A stretch of 64,000 nt of DNA, taken from positions 12,565 through 76,564 of IMG/VR virus record IMGVR_UViG_3300025853_000057. One strand, 5' to 3'. A program made the position numbers and the translations under genes. This DNA comes from a virus. Of the stretch, positions 58,369-64,000 are shown piece by piece. How positions within the stretch are numbered: position 1 is the first letter of the stretch; each line of letters opens with the position of its first letter. The notes under the pieces were generated by a model, which made no database searches, had not been told where the DNA came from, and worked only from the letters and a program-made list of their open reading frames with translations.

Positions 58369-60393
58369 TTATTCTATTTCAGTTTGAGGAGTGAAATGCT
58401 TCATCCAAATATCTTGATTATCTCTTTTTTGTTTAAACTTATCAAAATAAGAACCAGTTTTCTTTTTTAGCGGAGATTCATGGATAGATAAACGATTAAA
58501 CTCTTGCAAAGTTACATCATACCAAGCTATCATTAACATAGCAGATACTCTATCAAAGTTAGCCCTAGGATTAGGATTCCATGCTATTAGCTCTTTTAAT
58601 AAACCTACTGACCTAATAGTACTTAACATCAATTCTTCAGATTCTTCAGATATAGTTTCTGTTAACCATGCTTTTAAATACTCTAATCCCCTTTCTTTAA
58701 CAGCTTTAGACATAATAATACCTTTAGAACTATTTGTATTAGGTCTCCAAGTATTTCTATCTCTTAAGTTATAAGGAGTGTCAGCTAACAAATGTAAAGC
58801 TTTTTTCTTTTCAAAATGAGAGTATAAACCTGTAATGTTAGCTTCATACATAGCTGTAGCTTCATAGTAAATTATAAGCTTTCTACATATTTCGTAAAAT
58901 CTTTCTGTGCTTTCAGGTCTTCCTGAGTATTCAGCTACAATCCTTCTGGTTAATCTGTCAAATACAAATATTGAACCTATAGATTCAGAAGCAGCAGAAT
59001 CATACCTGTAAGGGTCAATACCTGCAATATATCTACCTACATTAATTTCTCCAGCATCTCCCAGTCTAGGAGTTTCATATATCTCTATTAAACCTTCTTC
59101 TGCTTTTTGTACAGGGTAATCTCTATAAGGAGAACCACTTTGAACATCTACCCACTTTAGAGAACCTTCTTCAAAATTAAGATGCCCTACACTATGCTTG
59201 TCTAACTCTATAGAGTCATCCATTTTAGAGAGTACAAGTTTTAACTCAGTAATAGGAAAAAAGAAAGAGTGGCTTTGTAAGAAAGCTTCTTTAGGAGATA
59301 AAGGATACTGAGTAACAGAGTCAATTTTAGCTTGCTGGTCTGCTCCTTGTTCTGCTCTTTTTCTTAAATCAAAAATAGACTGTCTGGCTATATCTTCTAA
59401 GGAATTACCAAAGTCATCTATCATTGTTTTTCCTTTCCATTCAGGATGCTCTTTGTTAATATCTTTATAAGTACCAAAACGCATCCTAGTAGCTGGAATA
59501 AAGAATCCACATTGAGTTCCCTTAGAATCTTCATCCCATATATTATCAAATGCTAAAAAGTTGTACTTATCAGGATTAAAAAACATCTCTGCAAACTCCT
59601 GAGTACCACCTTCCATATCACCTCCAGTACCTTGGATAATAGGCACACCAATTAAATCATCTCCATCTTTCCAACAAGGTTCTGATATATTATATGACTG
59701 TAATAAACCTGGCCATTTACCTGCCTCTTCAAATAGAAACAAGTTACTAGATTTACCAATAGCTGCAAATGGGTTATCTTTAAAAGTAAAAGAATGTATC
59801 TCAGACATATATCCTGCCCAAGCTACTACACCATCTACTGTTTTCTTGTATCTAGCTTTTACAAAATCCTTGGTATTAGGATTTCTTTCCTTGCCCCACT
59901 CTGTATGTAAGTCTAAAAAGTTGAGGTCATCTAAAGACATCCTCATTGTATTCTCAGACAACTGCGATTGGTAAGCACCTATAATACATTTAGCATTTCT
60001 ATAAAAGCTAAATTCATGTGCAATAATAGCAGCAGATTTATATGAAAAACCAATACGTCTAGGCTTAACTAAAGCAATACCTTTCTGTTCTTTTCTAGCC
60101 TTTTCTACAAAAGTAAAATACTCTAAATCTACATCAGTAAATAAAGGAAACCCACTACTTTTTCTTCCAGTATTAGGATTTTTTAGCTCAATTTGAGTGT
60201 AGTTAAGATAAAAGTAATAAGACCCTGGTATGTACAGGTTACCATGTGTAAAGCCCTCTTTACATCTTCTAGTTTCTTCTTCCCAAAACTCATCAAACTG
60301 ATATGTACCATAAGGGTACTTGGTATAAGTACCATGCTCTGTAAAGTAATGGGCAGCTTCTTGAAAATATTTAGGTGCTACACTAATCTTCAT
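58369..60393 (-). CDS. terL: terminase large subunit
   Basis: Walker A KPRRIGFS, Walker B FLFEEAG, GTGG, nuclease GIDPY and NFDRV. Confidence 0.93.
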   Translation of the reverse strand: MKISVAPKYFQEAAHYFTEHGTYTKYPYGTYQFDEFWEEETRRCKEGFTHGNLYIPGSYYFYLNYTQIELKNPNTGRKSSGFPLFTDVDLEYFTFVEKARKEQKGIALVKPRRIGFSYKSAAIIAHEFSFYRNAKCIIGAYQSQLSENTMRMSLDDLNFLDLHTEWGKERNPNTKDFVKARYKKTVDGVVAWAGYMSEIHSFTFKDNPFAAIGKSSNLFLFEEAGKWPGLLQSYNISEPCWKDGDDLIGVPIIQGTGGDMEGGTQEFAEMFFNPDKYNFLAFDNIWDEDSKGTQCGFFIPATRMRFGTYKDINKEHPEWKGKTMIDDFGNSLEDIARQSIFDLRKRAEQGADQQAKIDSVTQYPLSPKEAFLQSHSFFFPITELKLVLSKMDDSIELDKHSVGHLNFEEGSLKWVDVQSGSPYRDYPVQKAEEGLIEIYETPRLGDAGEINVGRYIAGIDPYRYDSAASESIGSIFVFDRLTRRIVAEYSGRPESTERFYEICRKLIIYYEATAMYEANITGLYSHFEKKKALHLLADTPYNLRDRNTWRPNTNSSKGIIMSKAVKERGLEYLKAWLTETISEESEELMLSTIRSVGLLKELIAWNPNPRANFDRVSAMLMIAWYDVTLQEFNRLSIHESPLKKKTGSYFDKFKQKRDNQDIWMKHFTPQTEIE

Positions 60394-60898
60394 ACTTCCT
60401 AGTCCTTTTCTCTCCAGACCTTCTACTTGAACTAGAAGCTTTTTCCTTATTTACAGCATCTTCTAAAGTAGAAAGCTGAGATACTAATTTAGAAGTGCTT
60501 TCTATAGTTTTTAAAATAGGAGGTAGAGATTTATTATCAATCTCTGTATCTGTTAAATACCTAGCTACATCATCTATCTTACTCTTTACACTAGCTAAAA
60601 GCCTTTGTGTAGGGGTTTCAGACATTTCTAAAAATTTTTGAACAGCAGCTTTTAGTTGCTCATTGTTTTTCACTTCCCCTTTAAGCATGTCTTTAGAAAC
60701 AAGTTCAATCCTTTTATGCTCAGGAAAGTTACTATAGGGACTTGCTGAATCATAAATAAAATAGATGTAAGCAAATTGCTTAAAAGCTAATTCCTTAGTT
60801 TTAGAAGTATCTTTAGCCCATAGAGCTTCAAACTCTGGGATTAGAAGAATAGCTTCATCAAAAACTACTTTGTTGTTATTTAGATTGAATATCTTCAT
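60383..60898 (-). CDS. protein upstream of TerL (possible terminase small subunit)
   Basis: 171 aa helical; overlaps the TerL start. Confidence 0.5.
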   Translation of the reverse strand: MKIFNLNNNKVVFDEAILLIPEFEALWAKDTSKTKELAFKQFAYIYFIYDSASPYSNFPEHKRIELVSKDMLKGEVKNNEQLKAAVQKFLEMSETPTQRLLASVKSKIDDVARYLTDTEIDNKSLPPILKTIESTSKLVSQLSTLEDAVNKEKASSSSRRSGEKRTRKYED

Positions 60899-61130
60899 TT
60901 TTCTTCATTTTATTGCTCCTTAATTTTTCAATCATTCTTTTATGAGGATAAAAAGTTCCTAAGTCTTTTATATATACAGACTTATAAGAATCTAAATCTT
61001 CTATATTTCCCTCTTCTATAACTTCAGATATGAATCTAGGCACACTTTTAAATATATCTTCAGCCTGGCCTAAAGTAAGACCAAGCTCTTTAGCTTTTTC
61101 TTGTAGTATACGTTTAAGAATTACATCCAT
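60876..61130 (-). CDS. HU/IHF-like DNA-binding protein
   Basis: AKELGLT...AEDI, VYIKDLGTF. Confidence 0.6.
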   Translation of the reverse strand: MDVILKRILQEKAKELGLTLGQAEDIFKSVPRFISEVIEEGNIEDLDSYKSVYIKDLGTFYPHKRMIEKLRSNKMKKNEDIQSK

Positions 61131-61717
61131 GATTCTAAAGGAGGTTCTTCATTAAAATACTTATCAAAATCACTTCTAGGGTCAAAAGGTTGAGGGTCTA
61201 CTTCATCTAAATCATCTACAGGAAGGTTATCCTCTACAACAGAGGAAGTAGAATCTGAACTATCTTCCACTTCAATAGGTTGTACAGGTTCATTAACTTC
61301 AGCAGTCGGTTCATCATTTGCAGGCTTAGTATCCTCTTGAGGTGTTTCAGCTTGTAAGCTAGAATTAAATTGTACTTGTAATGATTGCTCTGGGTAAATG
61401 ATAAACCTTTCATTTATAGAATTATTTTCAATTACATTTTTCTTACGAAGCTTATTTAAATAGGTTTCCAATTTGTGTGTAGAAACATCAAACTCCTTCT
61501 TAATCTTTGACTTAATTGTAGTAGAAAATAATAAATCCATCCTTACATCAGCTTCTTTAATAGTCTTGTATTTATCATTGTAATAAATCAAGTAAGACAA
61601 TATCTCTAATTCAGCTTGAGTAAGTTGACTCTTACCTAAAGTCCAGTTAATAGAAGCAAGCCATACTTGAAAAAGTTGGATTCTCTCTTGAACAGGTATA
61701 TTAAAATTCTTAACCAT
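61121..61717 (-). CDS. putative winged-helix DNA-binding protein with acidic tail
   Basis: LTQAELEIL...YLNKLRKKNVI pattern; D/E/P-rich C-terminus. Confidence 0.45.
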   Translation of the reverse strand: MVKNFNIPVQERIQLFQVWLASINWTLGKSQLTQAELEILSYLIYYNDKYKTIKEADVRMDLLFSTTIKSKIKKEFDVSTHKLETYLNKLRKKNVIENNSINERFIIYPEQSLQVQFNSSLQAETPQEDTKPANDEPTAEVNEPVQPIEVEDSSDSTSSVVEDNLPVDDLDEVDPQPFDPRSDFDKYFNEEPPLESWM

Positions 61718-61719
61718 AG

Positions 61720-61920
61720 TTATTTTGTTTTTTCTATCCCAAAGGTAGCGTTCTTAAATATACGAATTTGATTTGACAAATAATGCCTTATTTCTCCTCC
61801 ATTGCATAACGCTACACACCATACATCATTTTCAAATGTACCTCCATCTCTCACATATATAGCATAGCCTTCCAATCCATCAATAGTAACTACTGGAATA
61901 GGTTGTTTAAATTCTAGCAT
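61720..61920 (-). CDS. small hypothetical protein
   Basis: 66 aa in a tightly packed operon. Confidence 0.6.
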   Translation of the reverse strand: MLEFKQPIPVVTIDGLEGYAIYVRDGGTFENDVWCVALCNGGEIRHYLSNQIRIFKNATFGIEKTK

Positions 61921-61925
61921 AGTAC

Positions 61926-62144
61926 TTATTCCAAATGAACATTATACCCATCTAATGTGCCTAAAAACTCCTCTTTTATTCTTTCATAGATAGCTAACTC
62001 ATCTTCAGGTAAATCTTCATATTTTATCTTCTTACGAAGATGTTGATTAAAATCCCATAGAGCAGCATAGGCATTGCCAGCATTTACAGCTTGCTTAAAC
62101 TCTACCTCTTCTCTAGGTAGTTCAAATTTTAGTATACCTTCCAT
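61926..62144 (-). CDS. small hypothetical protein
   Basis: 72 aa; LKFELP.E...F, LR..IKY. Confidence 0.6.
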   Translation of the reverse strand: MEGILKFELPREEVEFKQAVNAGNAYAALWDFNQHLRKKIKYEDLPEDELAIYERIKEEFLGTLDGYNVHLE

Positions 62145-62148
62145 AACA

Positions 62149-62334
62149 TTATCTGTTTTGTTTCATTTCTTTACGCTTCTCTTCTAACTTTAAGCATTCA
62201 GAAGTTTCAATCCATGTGCAGCCTTTTAAACATGGAGCGCCATTAGCAGCACATAGTAGAGTAGCATCATACTTCTCATCTAAACCTTCAGGTTTAGGAG
62301 ACTCTCCATTCATATTAGTGAAGTTTTTTCCCAT
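62149..62334 (-). CDS. small hypothetical protein with four Cys
   Basis: 61 aa in a packed operon. Confidence 0.5.
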   Translation of the reverse strand: MGKNFTNMNGESPKPEGLDEKYDATLLCAANGAPCLKGCTWIETSECLKLEEKRKEMKQNR

Positions 62335-62503
62335 TGTATTTAGTTTTATTGTATCCTGCTTCTAGTGCAGAGTCTAAAGTTTGTTTGTGGTTAAAATCAG
62401 TTACCTTAGATAACCTTAAAACTCTAAGTTCCTTTTTAAGGAACTCTAAAGTTTTTTCTAGAGCTTCTATACGCTCTTCTAATTCCTTCTCTTTATTTTC
62501 CAT
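62315..62503 (-). CDS. small coiled-coil protein
   Basis: 62 aa; LEERIEALEKTLEFLKKEL. Confidence 0.55.
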   Translation of the reverse strand: MENKEKELEERIEALEKTLEFLKKELRVLRLSKVTDFNHKQTLDSALEAGYNKTKYNGKKLH

Positions 62504-62801
62504 AAAATCCTTTTATTACTGGTGTAGCTTGTTTCTTTAATCTAGAAAGTTCTTCAAAACTATGATTTACTATCAAGTTTCCTAAAGTAGAATGGTTTAT
62601 AATACACCTATTCTTGTATATCCTACCTTTATCATTATAGGCTTCCTTAAAAGCTATTATATCTGTAGGAAGTACATCCATCTTAGTAACAAAACCTATC
62701 CTTATAGGTTTACTTTTAACGTCAATAGGTACACCATCCTCATTATAAACAGGTTCTTCCTGATAAAGAAACTCTAAACATTTAAGAATCATAAAATCCA
62801 A
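62493..62801 (-). CDS. hypothetical protein
   Basis: About 100 aa, overlapping neighbours. Confidence 0.55.
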   Translation of the reverse strand: MDFMILKCLEFLYQEEPVYNEDGVPIDVKSKPIRIGFVTKMDVLPTDIIAFKEAYNDKGRIYKNRCIINHSTLGNLIVNHSFEELSRLKKQATPVIKGFYGK

Positions 62802-62967
62802 AATTAAGAGTTACAATGTGCACCTTATGGGTATTTGAATACTGTAAAGCAACTTCAAACCACATGTGGCTATATGTCAAACTACTTTTCTCAATAGCTT
62901 TAAATAGAGCCTGATAATAGTTTAAAGCTTTATTTAACTCTACAAATTCAAATACCCTTGGTTGCAT
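62782..62967 (-). CDS. small hypothetical protein
   Basis: 61 aa, overlapping neighbours. Confidence 0.5.
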   Translation of the reverse strand: MQPRVFEFVELNKALNYYQALFKAIEKSSLTYSHMWFEVALQYSNTHKVHIVTLNFGFYDS

Positions 62968-63148
62968 CTATCTTGGGATATACATTTATCTCTAAAAACC
63001 ATCCAGCTTTAGTAGAAAAAATAAATTCAGTATAGTAATACTGCTCTTTTTTACTGTCTAAAACAAAATTAATCTTGTTCTTAACAGTTAAGAGACGTTC
63101 TAAGTCATCTCCAAAGAATAAAGTATTAAGCTGATTTATTCTGTTCAC
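62948..63148 (-). CDS. small hypothetical protein
   Basis: 66 aa, overlapping neighbours. Confidence 0.5.
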   Translation of the reverse strand: MNRINQLNTLFFGDDLERLLTVKNKINFVLDSKKEQYYYTEFIFSTKAGWFLEINVYPKIDATKGI

Positions 63149-63584
63149 TATTAACTAGAATTTCTCTGAGAAGACTCCAAGCATGCTGCTCATTAGAAGC
63201 TTCTACAGTGTGGTCTTGTTCTCTAGGGTCTTTTGGGTTTCCTACAAGTCCTTCATATTTAAACTCATATTTACCTTGAGCTTCTTTAGTAGGCTCTTCT
63301 ACAGTATCTAGTTTATGCTTCCTAGTAATAGGATGGAAAATATAAAGGGCTTTTTCCTCAATATTAATAATAGCTTCATCATGTACTAAATAGTAATTCT
63401 GAATCTCATCTAGAATGTCCTCTTCATAAATCTCTCCCATAGATTCCTTAAACTGTTCAATAATAACATTATTCACAAATCTAAGATTAGCCAATTCATT
63501 GTAAACTTCCATTAGTCGTCTACTCATACCTTCAGCTAAAGAATCAATTTTGTGGTGTAAAGCTTGTGCTTTTGTCTGTTCCAT
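63126..63584 (-). CDS. hypothetical protein, first gene of the minus-strand block
   Basis: 152 aa, preceded by an AT-rich leader and a TAnnTTTG element. Confidence 0.6.
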   Translation of the reverse strand: MEQTKAQALHHKIDSLAEGMSRRLMEVYNELANLRFVNNVIIEQFKESMGEIYEEDILDEIQNYYLVHDEAIINIEEKALYIFHPITRKHKLDTVEEPTKEAQGKYEFKYEGLVGNPKDPREQDHTVEASNEQHAWSLLREILVNSEQNKSA

Positions 63585-63609
63585 ATTAAAAATTTAATTA
63601 ATGTTTAAG

Positions 63610-63617
63610 CAAATCTA
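63610..63617 (-). promoter_or_regulatory. putative -7 promoter element TAGATTTG at the head of the packaging operon
   Basis: Exact Bacteroidota TAnnTTTG match 25 nt upstream of the ATG at 63584. Confidence 0.5.
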
Positions 63618-63841
63618 TAAATAAATTCTGGTATATAGAATAAAAGAAGATGAGATTATAGCATATAGGTAAATAAGTTCTTAAAAAATGTTAAAAATGA
63701 AACAAATGTCATTTGTGGAACGTATTAAAGCCATGCTTGCAGCTATTTTAGTTTAATACTACGCTCCATTGCATTACCTCGTTACACTTAGGGGAAGGTG
63801 TATTATTAAAGAGGAAACCCCTTTCTTGAGTTTATTGTAGT

Positions 63842-63970
63842 TACCCCCCCCTATATTTAAGTTTGTAAAAATACCCCCCCCCTACCCCTGGGGGTTTTTA
63901 GTACCCCCCCGTACTATAAAATTTTTTGGTGTATGTAAGTGGGTTCCTATCATAAAACATCCCCCCTACC
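63842..63970. repeat. phased TAC(C)n homopolymer repeats in non-coding DNA
   Basis: C-runs start at 63844 (C8), 63874 (C9), 63904 (C7) and 63961 (C6). Confidence 0.85.
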
Positions 63971-64000
63971 TAGTGTTGTACTAAAACTAATAAGTTATGA

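Noticed and set aside
6631-60385. Stop-codon reassignment (TAG to Gln or TGA to Trp) as in some crAss-like phages; three of the five TAG stops I found are followed by TAA
   Set aside because: All long genes are intact in code 11 and no suppressor tRNA is visible; in two cases the TAA is part of the next gene's TAAAATG start context
10893-60393. Introns or inteins in TerL, MCP, portal or vRNAP
   Set aside because: ORFs are uninterrupted and I saw no intein splice motifs or homing endonuclease ORFs
7871-62777. Numerous + strand ORFs antisense to structural genes (e.g. 7871-8278, 52810-53466, 53503-53934)
   Set aside because: Shadow frames of strongly biased minus-strand genes; Ser/Leu/Phe-rich with no motifs
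63842-63970. CRISPR-like array
   Set aside because: The repeated part is only a short homopolymer and the 30-nt period is too short for repeat plus spacer
1-64000. tRNA or rRNA genes
   Set aside because: Intergenic gaps are short and no cloverleaf or T-loop signature was recognised; a tRNAscan-SE run would be definitive

Overview
This window is a large part of an AT-rich, CpG-poor crAss-like phage genome (Crassvirales-type podovirus, probably infecting Bacteroidota). It reads cleanly in the standard genetic code. The + strand block (1-6585) is the end of a replication/nucleotide-metabolism operon: a JAB/MPN metalloprotease next to a ThiF/E1-like enzyme, a RusA-like resolvase, a PD-(D/E)XK exonuclease, uracil-DNA glycosylase, a MazG-like pyrophosphatase and a signal-peptide GH73-like muramidase. 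It meets the - strand virion block at a bidirectional terminator (~6593-6625). In transcription order that block holds small ORFs, TerL, portal, scaffold, major capsid protein, ring/tail proteins, a duplicated GC-shifted receptor-binding protein, a lysis cassette, the tail hub, and four ejection/cargo genes including a 5159-aa virion RNA polymerase. The main observations are: (1) a start-less M15 Zn-peptidase frame at 26431-26793, missing from the ORF track, that appears reachable only by a -1 frameshift at an in-phase G GGA AAG heptamer near the end of the 857-aa ejection gene; (2) a 1691-aa cargo protein made of modules separated by about 18 [K/Y/M/W/L]xxGG motifs, in a genome that also encodes JAB and E1 enzymes, which suggests a possible di-glycine processing/conjugation system (hypothesis); (3) C-tracts spaced exactly 30 nt apart at the right end. 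All product names come from motif recognition and synteny; no database searches were run.
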